From NCBI GenBank assembly GCA_963746845.1, contig CAVVCZ010000006.1:256001-320000 (forward strand): DNA of 64,000 nt, in the 5' to 3' direction. The stretch is from an uncultured Chloroflexia bacterium (GTDB lineage: Bacteria > Chloroflexota > Limnocylindria > Limnocylindrales > CSP1-4). Below are positions 29,051 through 39,799 of the stretch, one piece after another (position 1 is the first letter of the stretch; the number at the start of each line of letters is the position of its first letter). Under the pieces are notes generated by a model. It had not been told where the DNA came from. It searched no databases and saw nothing but the letters and a program-made list of their open reading frames with translations. Made by a program: the position numbers and the translations under genes.

Positions 29051-31027
29051 TCAGACCTCCTTGAATTCGCCCTCGACCGTATCGTCGGCGTCGGACGAGC
29101 CGGAGCCCGACGAGCCGCCGGAACGAGCGCCGGCCGGCTCCCCCTCGGCCTCACCGCCCTCGCCGGAGCCCTCGGCTCCGGAGCCGTCGGACGAGCCGTT
29201 GGCACCCGCCTCCGAAGCTGCGGCCTGATAGGCCGCCGTCGAGACCCGCTGGAGCGTCTCGGCCAGCGCCGTGGCGCCGGTCGTGATCGCCTCGATCTCG
29301 GAGCCCTTGAGCGCCTCGCGGAGCGAGGTCACCTGGTTCTCCACGGTCGCCTTGTCCTCGGACGACACCTTGTCGCCGAGGTCCTTGATCGTCCGCTCGG
29401 CCTGGTAGGTCAGCTGCTCCGCCTGGTTGCGGACCTCGACCTCCTCGCGCCGCTGGCGATCCTCGTCGGCGTGCTCGGACGCCTCGCGGACCATCTTGTC
29501 GACGTCGTCCTTCGACAGCATCGAGCTCGCGGTGATCCGGACCTGCTGCTCCTTCGAGGTCGCCCGGTCCTTCGCCTTCACGTCGAGGATGCCGTTCGCG
29601 TCGATGTCGAACGTGACCTCGATCTGGGGCACGCCACGCGGGGCCGGCGGGATCCCGTCGAGGATGAACCGGCCGAGCGTCTTGTTGTCCGCGGCGAACT
29701 CGCGCTCGCCCTGGAGGACATGGATCTCGACCTGGCCCTGGTTGTCCGAGGCCGTCGAGAACACCTGCGACTTCGACGTCGGGATCGTCGTGTTCCGATC
29801 GATCAGCTTCGTCATCACGCCACCGAGCGTCTCGATGCCGAGCGACAGCGGCGTCACGTCGAGGAGCAGGACATCCTTGACGTCACCGGCGAGGACGCCG
29901 GCCTGGATCGCGGCGCCGATGCCGACGACCTCGTCCGGGTTGACGCCCTTGTGCGGCTCCTTGCCGTTGAACATCGCCTTGACGGCGTCGACGACCGCCG
30001 GCATCCGGGTCATGCCACCGACGAGGATCACCTCGTCGATGTCACCCGCCTTCAGCCCGGCATCCTTCAGCGCGGCCTCGACCGGCTTGCGGGTCTTGTC
30101 GATGAGATCCGAGACGAGGTCCTCGAGCTTGGCCCGGGTCAGGGTCACGACGAGGTGCTTCGGCCCGGACGCGTCTGCTGTGATGTACGGGAGGTTGATC
30201 TCGGTCGACGAGGTCGAGCTCAGCTCGATCTTCGCCTTCTCGGCCGCCTCCTTGAGTCGCTGGAGGGCCTGGGGGTCCTTCGAGAGGTCGATCCCCTGGT
30301 CCTTCTTGAACTCGGTCAGCAGCCACTCGATGACGCGCTGGTCGAAGTCGTCGCCGCCGAGGTGCGTGTCGCCGTTGGTCGCCTTGACCTCGAAGACGCC
30401 CTCGCCGAGCTCGAGGATCGAGATGTCGAAGGTGCCGCCGCCCAGGTCGTACACGGCGATCTTCTCGTCGTGCTTCTTGTCGAGGCCGTACGCGAGGGCC
30501 GATGCGGTCGGCTCGTTGATGATCCGGCGGACTTCCAGGCCGGCGATCCGGCCGGCGTCCTTCGTCGCCTGGCGCTGGGTGTCGTCGAAGTAGGCCGGGA
30601 CGGTGATCACCGCCTCGGTGACCTTCTCGCCGAGATACGCCTCCGCGTCGGTCTTCAGCTTCTGGAGGACCATCGCGCTGATCTCGGGCGGGCTATAGGT
30701 CTTGTCGCCGACCTTGACGACGACGCCGTCGGACTTGCCGTCCTTCTCGACGGTGTAGCTCACGAGCTCCTTGGCGCGCTTCGTCTCCGGGTCGTCCCAG
30801 CGACGGCCCATGAAGCGCTTGATCGAATAGATCGTGTTGGCGGGGTTCGTGACGGCCTGGCGCTTGGCCAGCTGGCCGACGAGGCGCTCCCCGGTCTTCG
30901 TGAAGGCCACGACCGACGGCACCGTCCGGCCTCCCTCGGCCGAGGCGATGACGGTTGGCTCGCCGCCCTCCATCACGGCGACGACGCTGTTCGTCGTGCC
31001 GAGGTCGATGCCGATGATCTTGCCCAT
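29051..31027 (-). CDS. dnaK: Chaperone DnaK
   Basis: [43 protein letters not shown]. Confidence 0.99.
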   Translation of the reverse strand: MGKIIGIDLGTTNSVVAVMEGGEPTVIASAEGGRTVPSVVAFTKTGERLVGQLAKRQAVTNPANTIYSIKRFMGRRWDDPETKRAKELVSYTVEKDGKSDGVVVKVGDKTYSPPEISAMVLQKLKTDAEAYLGEKVTEAVITVPAYFDDTQRQATKDAGRIAGLEVRRIINEPTASALAYGLDKKHDEKIAVYDLGGGTFDISILELGEGVFEVKATNGDTHLGGDDFDQRVIEWLLTEFKKDQGIDLSKDPQALQRLKEAAEKAKIELSSTSSTEINLPYITADASGPKHLVVTLTRAKLEDLVSDLIDKTRKPVEAALKDAGLKAGDIDEVILVGGMTRMPAVVDAVKAMFNGKEPHKGVNPDEVVGIGAAIQAGVLAGDVKDVLLLDVTPLSLGIETLGGVMTKLIDRNTTIPTSKSQVFSTASDNQGQVEIHVLQGEREFAADNKTLGRFILDGIPPAPRGVPQIEVTFDIDANGILDVKAKDRATSKEQQVRITASSMLSKDDVDKMVREASEHADEDRQRREEVEVRNQAEQLTYQAERTIKDLGDKVSSEDKATVENQVTSLREALKGSEIEAITTGATALAETLQRVSTAAYQAAASEAGANGSSDGSGAEGSGEGGEAEGEPAGARSGGSSGSGSSDADDTVEGEFKEV

Positions 31028-31076
31028 CGTGGTTGCTCTCTCCTCTGGTTGGTTGCGTTGTCAGGTGGTTGGTGGA

Positions 31077-31706
31077 TCAGTGGGTGGTGGCGGCGGCGTC
31101 GGTCGGGTCGCCTGCGGCCACGGCGACGAGCGCCGGGCGGATGACCTTGTCGCGGAGCTTGTAGCCGCGCCGGACGACGTCGACGATCTCGCCCTCGGCC
31201 CGGCCGCTGCCGGGGACGTTGGCGATCGCCTCGTGCTCGCGGGGGTCGAACGGCATGCCGGCCGCGACCTCGATCTGGCTGACGCCCTCGCTCTCGAGCA
31301 GGGCCCGCAGCTTGCGGTCGATCGCGGTCACGCCCTCGACCCAACCATCGCCGGCGAGCTCTGTCGGGCGGTTGTCGATCGCGAGATCGAAGTCGTCGGC
31401 GAGCGCGAGGACCTTGCGGATCAGGTCCTCCCCGGCGAGCCCGAGCATCTGCTCGCGCTCCTCGGTGGTCCGCCGCCGGTAGTTGCTGAACTCGGCGCGC
31501 TCGCGCTGGAGCCCGGCGAGGTACTCGTCGGACTTCGCGGTCGTCGCGGCGAGCTCCGCCTTGAGCAGGTCGATGTCCGCGAGGAGCTTGGTCGGGGAGA
31601 CGTCCAGCTCGTCGATCCGCTCCTGGGCGCGGGTCCGGTGGGGTCGGTGCGCGGGGTCGCCGTTCTGGCCGGGTGGCCGGCCGCGGTAGTCGCGTGGATC
31701 AGGCAT
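31077..31706 (-). CDS. grpE: Nucleotide exchange factor GrpE
   Basis: LQRERAEFSNYRRR, FDPREHEA, GYKLRDKVIRPALV. Confidence 0.96.
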   Translation of the reverse strand: MPDPRDYRGRPPGQNGDPAHRPHRTRAQERIDELDVSPTKLLADIDLLKAELAATTAKSDEYLAGLQRERAEFSNYRRRTTEEREQMLGLAGEDLIRKVLALADDFDLAIDNRPTELAGDGWVEGVTAIDRKLRALLESEGVSQIEVAAGMPFDPREHEAIANVPGSGRAEGEIVDVVRRGYKLRDKVIRPALVAVAAGDPTDAAATTH

Positions 31707-32760
31707 CGATGTTGTGCACCAGCTCGTTGAGAAGGGTGGAGACGAAGCGGACCGTGCCGATCGCCTGCGGATAGGCCATCCGGGTGGGCCCGAGGACGCC
31801 GACGACGCCGACCGCCCGGCCCGGCTCGCCGTAGGGAGCCAGGACGAGCGAGACGTCGCGCATCTCCTCGGGTGCATTCTCGGCGCCGATGAAGACCTGG
31901 ACCGTGCCCGTCCCGGCGACCCGGTCGAGGAGCTCGCCGAGGTAGGCCCGGTTCTCGAGGGCGGCGAAGACCCGGCGGAGCTTGTCGCTCCGCTCGAACT
32001 CCGGCGCCTCCATGACGTGGAGGAGGCCATCGCTGAAGACCTCCTCGATCACCGTCGCATCGTAGTCCCGGATCGCGGCGATCACCCGCTCGCCGACCCG
32101 CCGGACGAGGGCCCCGATCGGGCCGTCGCCGTCGATCCGCGCGAGCGCCCGCTCGGCGTCGGTCGCGGTCCGGCCGGCCATCAGCTCGTCGAGGATCACG
32201 GCGGCCCGGGTCAGGGCCCCCTGCTCCACGGGCGCCGGGAGAGTCACGAGGACCTGCCGAAGGGCGCCCTCGCGGAACACGATGATCAGGCTGGCGAGCC
32301 GGTCGCTGATCGAGACGATGTCGATCCGCCGGACGTGTGCGGCACGTGGCTTGGCCGCGGTCGCGAGACCCGCGACGCGGTTCGTCGCGGCGAGCGTCGT
32401 CGCGGCGAGACGGAACCACTGCTCCGAGGCGTGCTGGACCTGGCCGAACTGGTGCCGGATCATCAGCTGCTCGACTGCCGGGAGCTGGCTCGAGTCGGAG
32501 ATCGACTCGACGAAGTAGCGATACCCGCCGTCGGTCGGGATCCGGCCGGCGCTCGTGTGCGGGTGGGTCAGGAGCCCGGCACTCTCGAGGTCGGCGAGGA
32601 TGTTCCGGACCGTTGCGCTGGACACGCCAAGGCCGTAGCGATCGACGAGCGCCTGGGACGCGACCGGTGTCGCGGTCGCCACGTATTCCTCGATGACGGC
32701 TCGCAGGATCGACTCCGAACGAGGATCCAGCGAACCGGTGGTGCGGGGACGTCGCGCCAC
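31699..32760 (-). CDS. hrcA: Heat-inducible repressor HrcA
   Basis: SSATVRN, HPHTSAGRIPTDGGYRYFV, VLGPTRMAY. Confidence 0.97.
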   Translation of the reverse strand: MARRPRTTGSLDPRSESILRAVIEEYVATATPVASQALVDRYGLGVSSATVRNILADLESAGLLTHPHTSAGRIPTDGGYRYFVESISDSSQLPAVEQLMIRHQFGQVQHASEQWFRLAATTLAATNRVAGLATAAKPRAAHVRRIDIVSISDRLASLIIVFREGALRQVLVTLPAPVEQGALTRAAVILDELMAGRTATDAERALARIDGDGPIGALVRRVGERVIAAIRDYDATVIEEVFSDGLLHVMEAPEFERSDKLRRVFAALENRAYLGELLDRVAGTGTVQVFIGAENAPEEMRDVSLVLAPYGEPGRAVGVVGVLGPTRMAYPQAIGTVRFVSTLLNELVHNIDA

Positions 32761-32809
32761 GGGTGCCTCGTGGTGTGGGCCGAGCGGATCGCCGGCCGTG
32801 CTCGCGGAG

Positions 32810-32836
32810 TTAGCACTCTGGTGCGTTGAGTGCTAA
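32810..32836. promoter_or_regulatory. CIRCE element (HrcA operator)
   Basis: Perfect TTAGCACTC-N9-GAGTGCTAA. Confidence 0.98.
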
Positions 32837-32839
32837 CGA

Positions 32840-32869
32840 ACTCTAGCAGTCGAGCCGGGGGAGTGTCAA
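32840..32869 (-). promoter_or_regulatory. Sigma70-type promoter of hrcA-grpE-dnaK
   Basis: TTGACA-N18-TAGAGT with an extended TG, directly upstream of CIRCE. Confidence 0.8.
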
Positions 32870-32915
32870 CGGGTGGCGGGTGGATTCGCAGGCGGAAGTC
32901 GGACGGGATCCGGCC

Positions 32916-34163
32916 TCAGACGAGGCGCGAGAACACCTCGTTCGACAGCAGCCGGCCACGCGTCGTGAGCACGATCCGGTCGTGCTCGTCGATCGTCAGG
33001 AGCTCCGCGGCAAGCGCCCACCCGAAGATGTCGGCGAGCGGCGCCTCGGTCGCAGCCGAGCGCGGCAGGCCTCGGTCCGTGCGGAGCCCGAGGATCGCCG
33101 TCTCGGCCGCCGCGGTCTCGGGGTCGAGCGTCTCGGAGCCGCCCGGCGGGAGGGCCGGCGCGCGTCCGGAGCCGGGCGGAGGCGTCAACGCGTCGACGTA
33201 GCGTCGGAGGTTGGCCGCGTTCCAGCGGCGCGATACGCCGTCGAAGGCATGGGCGCCGGGCCCGACGGCCTCGTACGGCCGCCGTTCCCAGTAGGCGAGA
33301 TTGTGCCGGCTCTCATGGCCGGGCGTCGCCCAGTTGCTGATCTCGTAGCCGCGCCAGCCGTCCTCACTCAGCCGGTGGACCGCGTGGTGGTACTGGGCCG
33401 CCGCCCGGTCCTCGTCCTGCTCGACGAGCGCGGCGTCCCGCCAGCGACGGGCGCCACGCGGTGTCGGGAGATGGTCGCCACCCGGGCCGGTCAGCCCCTC
33501 GGCATCGGGATCGTCCAGTGTCAGGGCGTACAGCGATAGATGGTCGGGCCCGATCTCCAGCGCCGCGTCGAGCGTGTCGATCCAGGTCACCAGGCTCCCG
33601 GCGGGGATGTCGTACAGCAGGTCCAGGTTGATCGAGCCGATCCCGGCGGCCCGGGCCCCGTCGACGGCATCGGCGACATCCCCGGGCCGGTGCCGGCGAC
33701 CGAGACGCCGGAGCTGGGCGCGATCCAGGCTCTGCGCCCCGTACGAGATCCGGTTGATTCCGGCGGCCACGATCGCGAACGGATCGCCACGCTCGTCGGG
33801 CCCCGGGTTGGCTTCGATCGTCAGCTCGGCGTCAGCGGCGACGCCGAACCGATCCCGGATCAGCGCGACGAGCTCGCCGAGAACGTCGGCGGGGAGCAGG
33901 CTCGGCGTGCCGCCGCCGAGATAGACCGTGTCCAGGGCCGGTCGGCGGGGCGATCCCGGTGCCCCGAACGCCGCGTCCAGCGCATCGGCACGCAGCCCCA
34001 GCTCGGCGCGCAGCGCGGCCGCGAACGCCGCGATCCGGTTCGACGGTCCACGCGCGGCCGCACCCGCCACGACAACGAAGTCGCAGTACGGACAGAGCGA
34101 GACGCAGAACGGGACGTGGACGTACAGCCCGATGGGGGGTCGTGGGACCGGGCCGTCGCTCAC
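32916..34163 (-). CDS. hemW: Radical SAM heme chaperone HemW (HemN-like)
   Basis: LYVHVPFCVSLCPYCDF, GGGTPS, IEANP, YEISNW, HNLAYW. Confidence 0.92.
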   Translation of the reverse strand: MSDGPVPRPPIGLYVHVPFCVSLCPYCDFVVVAGAAARGPSNRIAAFAAALRAELGLRADALDAAFGAPGSPRRPALDTVYLGGGTPSLLPADVLGELVALIRDRFGVAADAELTIEANPGPDERGDPFAIVAAGINRISYGAQSLDRAQLRRLGRRHRPGDVADAVDGARAAGIGSINLDLLYDIPAGSLVTWIDTLDAALEIGPDHLSLYALTLDDPDAEGLTGPGGDHLPTPRGARRWRDAALVEQDEDRAAAQYHHAVHRLSEDGWRGYEISNWATPGHESRHNLAYWERRPYEAVGPGAHAFDGVSRRWNAANLRRYVDALTPPPGSGRAPALPPGGSETLDPETAAAETAILGLRTDRGLPRSAATEAPLADIFGWALAAELLTIDEHDRIVLTTRGRLLSNEVFSRLV

Positions 34164-34927
34164 CGGTCTCGCGAGGCGGGCTCCCGCGGCCCGATGACGT
34201 GCCAGCCCTTCGGTGGACGGCGCTTCGCCTCGAGCTCCTCGACCTCTCGACCGCGAGGCAGGAACTGGCCGGCATGGCCGGTCGCCAGGAAGACGGAGAA
34301 CCGGGTGATCGCGTGGCCCAGGAAGGCGGCGGCGATGCCGCCCGTCACCGCGGTGACCCAGCCGCCGGCGAGACCGATCCCGAGGGCCATCAGGAGCAGC
34401 CAGCGGTTCCGCCCGGGAGCCCCGAGCCGCGTCGCGAGTGCGTAGAGGAGCGCCTGGATGACGTTCGCCGCGGTCGGGTCGATGCCGGTCATCAGGAGCA
34501 GCCCGAACACCGCGCCGCGGAACGCGACCTCGTCGATGATCGCGGTGACGACCGCGTTGAGCAGGGCGCCCGGATAGGACCACACATCCGGGAACCGGAG
34601 CCGGTGATAGCGGTAGAGCGCCACACCCATCGCGATCGCCGTGCCGATCGTCCCGTACAGCAGCCCGAAGAAGATCGTCTTCTGCCGGTCGCCCGGCCCC
34701 AGAGCGAAGTCGCTCTGGGGCGACGGGTGGACGATGTAGATCCCGGCCACGAGGGCCAGCCCGATCGCGTACCACGCAGTCCGGCGGCGGAACGACGGCG
34801 CCCGCCCGTCGACGGTGTCGTCGTACTCGGCGGCGCTGAAGTGGGCGGCCTCGAGCCGCAGCATGATCAGGAGCAGCGCGAGCCCGGCCGCCATCAGCAT
34901 CCGGATCGTCGGGATCCACTCCTCCAT
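34160..34927 (-). CDS. CPBP/Abi-family intramembrane metalloprotease-like protein
   Basis: DEVAFRG motif and H in AAFLGHA; multiple TMs; the F..xH motif looks degenerate (LYALAT). Confidence 0.75.
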   Translation of the reverse strand: MEEWIPTIRMLMAAGLALLLIMLRLEAAHFSAAEYDDTVDGRAPSFRRRTAWYAIGLALVAGIYIVHPSPQSDFALGPGDRQKTIFFGLLYGTIGTAIAMGVALYRYHRLRFPDVWSYPGALLNAVVTAIIDEVAFRGAVFGLLLMTGIDPTAANVIQALLYALATRLGAPGRNRWLLLMALGIGLAGGWVTAVTGGIAAAFLGHAITRFSVFLATGHAGQFLPRGREVEELEAKRRPPKGWHVIGPREPASRDR

Positions 34928-34968
34928 CGGTCAGCGCGCCCGGTCAGCGGGGTTGCAGCGCGACCCGT

Positions 34969-36780
34969 TCAGCTCTCGCCCATCCGGAGCATCGCGAGGA
35001 ATGCCTCCTGCGGGATCTCGACCGACCCGACCCGCTTCATCCGCTGCTTGCCCTCTTTCTGCTTCTCGAGCAGCTTCCGCTTCCGGGTGATGTCGCCACC
35101 GTAGCACTTGGCCAGCACGTTCTTGCGCATGGCACGGACGGTTTCGCGGGCAATGACGTTACTGCCGATCGAGGCCTGGATCGGAATCTCGAACATCTGG
35201 CGGGGGATCAGCTCCTTCAACCGCTCGGTCAGACCGCGCCCGACGGACTGGGCCTTGTCGCGGTGGACGATCAGCGACAACGCGTCGACGGGCTCGCCGT
35301 TGACGAGGATGTCGACCTTCGCGAGGTTCGCGGCCCGGTAGCCGAGCTCCTCGTAGTCCATCGACGCGTAACCCTGGCTGCGGCTCTTCAGCTGGTCGAA
35401 GTAGTCGACGATCAGCTCGGCCAGCGGCATCTCGAAGTGGAGGACGACCCGCGTCGGGTCGAGGTACTCCATGTTCTGGAACAGCCCGCGCCGGTTCGTG
35501 GAGAGCTCCATCAGCGAGCCGATGTAGTTCGATGGAGTCACGACGCTGAGCTTCACCCACGGCTCCTCGAGGGTCTCGATGTCGGACGGGTTCGGGAGCA
35601 GCGACGGGTTGTCGATCGCGATCTCGCCGCGGCCATGGAGCAGCTGGACGTGGTACTCCACCGAGGGCGCGGATGCGATGAGGTCGAGGTTGAACTCGCG
35701 CTCGAGGCGCTCCTGGACGATCTCCATGTGGAGCAGCCCGAGGAACCCGCAGCGGAACCCGAAGCCGAGCGCCACCGAGCTCTCCGGCTCGTAGGTGAAG
35801 CTCGCGTCGTTGAGGTGGAGCTTCTCGAGCGCCTCGCGGAGGAGCGGGTAGTCCTCGCCCGAGACCGGGTAGATCCCCGCGAACACGAGGCTCTTCGCCG
35901 GCTGGTAGCCCGGCAGCGGCTCCGTCGCGGGCCGGGCGACCGTCGTGACCGTGTCGCCGACCTGGGCGTCGCGGACGCTCTTGAGCCCGGTCGCGATGTA
36001 GCCGACCTCGCCGGCGGTCAGCTGCTTGACCGGAACGAGCTGCGGCCGGAACACGCCGAGCTCCAGCGGCTCCGCGGTCGCGTCGGAGCCCATCAGCCGG
36101 ATCTCGTCGTGCTGACGGAGGGTGCCGGCCGCCAGCCGGACGTAGACGACGACGCCCTTGTAGGCGTCGTAGTGGCTGTCGAAGATCAGGCCCTGGAGCG
36201 GCTTCGCCGGGTCGCCCTTCGGCGCCGGGATCCGCGCGACGATCGCCTCGAGGATGTCGGCGACGCCGGTGCCGTCCTTCGCGCTCGCGAGGATCACCTC
36301 CTCGCGCGGGATCGCGAGGACGTTCTCGAGCTCGTCCATGATCGTCTCGGGGTCGGCCGAGGGCAGGTCGATCTTGTTCAGGACCGGGATCAGGGTCAGC
36401 CCCTCACGCAGCGCGAGGTGGACGTTGGCGAGCGTCTGGGCCTCGATCCCCTGGGTCGCGTCGACGACGAGGATCGCGCCCTCGCAGGCCTGAAGGCTAT
36501 GGCTGACCTCGTAGGCGAAGTCGACATGGCCGGGCGTGTCGATGAGGTTCAGGCCGTAGATCAGACCGTCGCGCGCCTGGTATTCGAGGCGGACCGCGCG
36601 GGCCTTGATCGTGATGCCCTTCTCGCGCTCGAGGTCCATCGAGTCGAGGACCTGGCTCATCATCTGCCGGCCCTCGACCGTATGCGTCAGCTCGAGGAGC
36701 CGGTCGGCGAGGGTCGACTTGCCGTGATCGATGTGGGCGATGATCGAGAAGTTGCGAAGACGATCCTGAGGGATGGCCAC
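34969..36780 (-). CDS. lepA: Elongation factor 4
   Basis: [59 protein letters not shown]. Confidence 0.99.
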   Translation of the reverse strand: MAIPQDRLRNFSIIAHIDHGKSTLADRLLELTHTVEGRQMMSQVLDSMDLEREKGITIKARAVRLEYQARDGLIYGLNLIDTPGHVDFAYEVSHSLQACEGAILVVDATQGIEAQTLANVHLALREGLTLIPVLNKIDLPSADPETIMDELENVLAIPREEVILASAKDGTGVADILEAIVARIPAPKGDPAKPLQGLIFDSHYDAYKGVVVYVRLAAGTLRQHDEIRLMGSDATAEPLELGVFRPQLVPVKQLTAGEVGYIATGLKSVRDAQVGDTVTTVARPATEPLPGYQPAKSLVFAGIYPVSGEDYPLLREALEKLHLNDASFTYEPESSVALGFGFRCGFLGLLHMEIVQERLEREFNLDLIASAPSVEYHVQLLHGRGEIAIDNPSLLPNPSDIETLEEPWVKLSVVTPSNYIGSLMELSTNRRGLFQNMEYLDPTRVVLHFEMPLAELIVDYFDQLKSRSQGYASMDYEELGYRAANLAKVDILVNGEPVDALSLIVHRDKAQSVGRGLTERLKELIPRQMFEIPIQASIGSNVIARETVRAMRKNVLAKCYGGDITRKRKLLEKQKEGKQRMKRVGSVEIPQEAFLAMLRMGES

Positions 36781-36868
36781 GACGCGGGAGTGTAGCCCAC
36801 CATGCTGCCTGGGCAGCCACGTTCTGTCAGGTCGCGGCCCGGTGCCATCTGACGCGAGGAGGGCGATC

Positions 36869-37219
36869 ATGGAGGTTCATCTCGGAGTCGTCGTGTCGAA
36901 CGTCGCGACCGATGATTGGCAGCCCGACCCTGAAACGGGCGGTGAGATGCACGTGCTGTTCGAAGGCGAAGGGGCATACGTCGGCATGTCGCGCTTCCTG
37001 GACGTCGCGGAAGTGGGCCCGTTGACCCTGCCGGCCAGGGAGTCGTTCTTGATCCTCGAGGGTGCAGCGCGCATCGAGATCGCCGGCAGGCCCACGCTGG
37101 AGCTGAACGTCGGCGACATGGCCTCGATCCCGGAGGGTGCCTCTGTCACGTGGCACCTCACGCTGCCCTTCAAGGAAGTGTGGTTCTTTGGCAGCGCCTA
37201 CGAGATGGCCGCGGACTAG
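36869..37219 (+). CDS. Cupin domain protein (DUF861/EutQ-like)
   Basis: [13 protein letters not shown]...[12 protein letters not shown]; GAGGAGG RBS. Confidence 0.75.
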   Translation: MEVHLGVVVSNVATDDWQPDPETGGEMHVLFEGEGAYVGMSRFLDVAEVGPLTLPARESFLILEGAARIEIAGRPTLELNVGDMASIPEGASVTWHLTLPFKEVWFFGSAYEMAAD

Positions 37220-37237
37220 CGACACGATCAACCGGAG

Positions 37238-38008
37238 ATGCGACAAGTGGCGACATCCGACGGGATCCGGCTCCACGCCCTCGACGGTGGCACCGTCCGG
37301 GCGACCGGCGACGACGCGACCGCGATGTCCGACGACGGCGCCTACAGAGGCCGGACCCTCGACATGCCGGTTCCGTGCTTCCTGATCCGACATCCCCGGG
37401 GCGACCTGATGTGGGAGACGGGCATGTCGCGGACCCGGACCGACCTCGGCGAATGGGCGACGCCCGGCGTGAGCCTCGTCGACCAGTTACGGGTGCTCGG
37501 CGTGGCACCGACGGACATCCGCTTCCTGGCGCTGTCGCATGGCCATTGGGACCACTCGGGCAACGCCGGACTGTTCGCGAGCTCGACCTGGCTCGTCGAT
37601 GCGATCGAACGTCGGTGCATGTTCGACGACGAGAACCGCGCCTCGCCGTCGATGGACGACTACGGTGCGCTCGAGACGTCGACGACGCGCCTGATCGGCG
37701 ACGACCACGATGTCTTCGGCGACGGGTCGGTCGTGATCATCCGCGCGCCCGGCCACACGCCGGGCCACACGGTGCTGCTGGTACGTCTGGCGCGCGCCGG
37801 GCCGATCCTCCTGACCGGCGACCTGTGGCACGTGACCGAGAGCCGGGTGCACCGACGCGTCCCGGTCTTCAACACGGATCGTGCCCAGACCCTCGCCTCG
37901 ATGGACCGGATCGAGGCGCTTGCGGCCGCGATCGGCGCTCGCGTGGTCATCCAGCACGATCGCGGGGACTACGAATCCCTACGGCGCCTCGCGACGGGCC
38001 TGCGGTAG
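37238..38008 (+). CDS. N-acyl homoserine lactonase-family metallo-beta-lactamase-fold hydrolase
   Basis: SHGHWDH (HxHxDH), PGHTPGH, LTGDLWH, QHD. Confidence 0.85.
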   Translation: MRQVATSDGIRLHALDGGTVRATGDDATAMSDDGAYRGRTLDMPVPCFLIRHPRGDLMWETGMSRTRTDLGEWATPGVSLVDQLRVLGVAPTDIRFLALSHGHWDHSGNAGLFASSTWLVDAIERRCMFDDENRASPSMDDYGALETSTTRLIGDDHDVFGDGSVVIIRAPGHTPGHTVLLVRLARAGPILLTGDLWHVTESRVHRRVPVFNTDRAQTLASMDRIEALAAAIGARVVIQHDRGDYESLRRLATGLR

Positions 38009-38401
38009 GGAGCTCGCGGCCGGCCCGGCCGACGTGGTGGCCTCGCGGCGATCGAGGTAGTAGCTCGTCCCGGTCAGGGCGACGCCGAACAGCACGACCG
38101 CCAGGACCACAGCGAAGAACGGGTCACCCGTCGTGAGGAACAGGGCGAGGAGCCCGAAGCTCAGGACCGAGCGGACGACAAGGGTCGTGGTGTAGAGGAC
38201 CTCGACGTGGTGTCGGATGATCTGGACGATCAGGATCCCGAGCGCGAGCAGCACGAGGCCCGCGAGCCGCAGCGCAGCCTCCTCGTACGTGTGGTTGGAC
38301 TGGAGCAGCTTCGTCGCGAACGTCGGGACGAAGAGCAGGAGAAGCCCCGACGGGATGACGTATCCGGCCAGGTAGTACAGGCTCAGGTGGGTCCGACGCA
38401 T
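37979..38401 (-). CDS. Hypothetical four-TM membrane protein
   Basis: Four hydrophobic segments; RBS GGAAAGGGAG; divergent from the HxlR gene. Confidence 0.7.
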   Translation of the reverse strand: MRRTHLSLYYLAGYVIPSGLLLLFVPTFATKLLQSNHTYEEAALRLAGLVLLALGILIVQIIRHHVEVLYTTTLVVRSVLSFGLLALFLTTGDPFFAVVLAVVLFGVALTGTSYYLDRREATTSAGPAASSLPQARREAP

Positions 38402-38480
38402 GGCTGGCTCCCTTTCCGTGCGCCCGGCGGCGGAGGCCCGCCGGGCAGTCCGTTGCGTGACGCTACGGACTCTACGCGAG

Positions 38481-38496
38481 TGCGTTTCTTGATGCA
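38481..38496. promoter_or_regulatory. Putative operator of the HxlR regulator
   Basis: Imperfect palindrome TGCGTTTCTTGATGCA between divergent genes, next to TAGATT -10. Confidence 0.4.
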
Positions 38497-38514
38497 ACGG
38501 GGTAGATTCCGGCC

Positions 38515-38964
38515 ATGCGCCGGACCAGCCTCGCCGACTTCCACTGCTCCGTGGCCCGGACCGTCGACGTCATCGGGGAGTGGTGGACGCCGCTGATCGT
38601 CCGGGACGCGTTCTACGGGCGACGCCGCTTCGAGGACTTCCAGCGCAGCCTGGGGCTCGCCCGGAACGTCCTCGCGGCCCGGCTCGACCGGCTCGTGGAG
38701 TCCGGGATCATGGAGCGCCGGCGCTACCAGGACCGGCCGCCGCGTGACGAGTACGTCCTCACCGAGAAGGGACGCGACCTCTTCCCGGTCATCGCCGCGA
38801 TGCTCGCCTGGGGCGACCGATGGACCGCCGGCGAGGCCGGCCCGCCGCTCCTGCTCGTCCACGAGCCGTGCGGCGAGCCGGGAACGCTCCGAGCCGTGTG
38901 CGACCACTGCGGCGAGCCGCTGACCCTGGACACGATCCGCCCGCAGCCCGGCCCGGGCGCCTGA
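38515..38964 (+). CDS. HxlR-family transcriptional regulator
   Basis: CSVARTVDVIGEWWTPLIVRDA, RRFEDFQ, EYVLTEKGRDL, WGDRW, C-terminal H..C / C..C. Confidence 0.92.
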   Translation: MRRTSLADFHCSVARTVDVIGEWWTPLIVRDAFYGRRRFEDFQRSLGLARNVLAARLDRLVESGIMERRRYQDRPPRDEYVLTEKGRDLFPVIAAMLAWGDRWTAGEAGPPLLLVHEPCGEPGTLRAVCDHCGEPLTLDTIRPQPGPGA

Positions 38965-39087
38965 GACGGGTCGCTTCGGCGCCGTCGCGGTGGTCAGAAA
39001 CCGTGGCCACCTGCTACCATGCGCGTTCGTGCTCGGCCCCTTCCCGCCGTGCCGTGTCCACGACACCCTTCTGAGAGGTTCGACCCC

Positions 39088-39720
39088 TTGGCCAAGACGC
39101 CCCGCACCTGGACGGGCGCCCGAACGCCGTCGGGACTGAAGCGCGTCCGTCAGGCCGAGCGCCGGCGCGACATCCTTCAGCCGAGGCGGAGCGCCGCAAA
39201 GACCTACGTCGCCACCGCCCTGAGCGTTGCGACCCACGACACCGATCCGGAGGTCGCCGCGAAGGCACTCTCGGACGCCCACGCCGCGCTCGATCGCGCG
39301 GCGAAGGTCGGTGCCATCCACCCGAACGCTGCCGCGCGGCGCAAGTCGCGCCTGACGATCAAGTTCAACGCCGCGACCGGTGGCGCCACGGTCCAGACCT
39401 CGAGCCGCGTCGTGAAGACGACCTCGAAGGCCCAGGCCCAGAAGGCGGCCAAGACCCGGATCGCGCTCGGCAAGGCGAACAAGGCGAAGGGCGCCCAGAC
39501 GGCGGCCGGCAAGGCCCGCGCCGCGGTCTCGAAGTCCGCCCGCACGGAGGCCGCCGCGGCCGCGGCGGTGGCCGTCGAAGTGGCCGAGCCGACGACGGCC
39601 AAGGCCGCGCCGAAGGCGAGCTCGACGAAGAAGGCCCCGGCAAAGGCGACCGCGACGAAGGCGGCCCCGAAGGCCACGGCGAAGAAGGCACCCGCGAAGA
39701 AGACCGCCGCGAAGAGCTGA
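39088..39720 (+). CDS. rpsT: 30S ribosomal protein S20 with a long Lys/Ala-rich C-terminal tail (210 aa)
   Basis: SGLKRVRQAERRR, RSAAKTY, LDRAAKVGAIHPNAAARRKSRL; TTG start after GAGG; divergent from lepA. Confidence 0.9.
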   Translation: MAKTPRTWTGARTPSGLKRVRQAERRRDILQPRRSAAKTYVATALSVATHDTDPEVAAKALSDAHAALDRAAKVGAIHPNAAARRKSRLTIKFNAATGGATVQTSSRVVKTTSKAQAQKAAKTRIALGKANKAKGAQTAAGKARAAVSKSARTEAAAAAAVAVEVAEPTTAKAAPKASSTKKAPAKATATKAAPKATAKKAPAKKTAAKS

Positions 39721-39742
39721 CGCTCGACGCGCCGCTCAGACG

Positions 39743-39770
39743 AACGCCCCGGATCCGATCCGGGGCGTTT
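39743..39770 (+). terminator. Intrinsic terminator after rpsT
   Basis: AACGCCCCGGATC-C-GATCCGGGGCGTTT. Confidence 0.8.
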
Positions 39771-39799
39771 CTCGTGGCCGGCGCGACCGTTGCTCGCGA

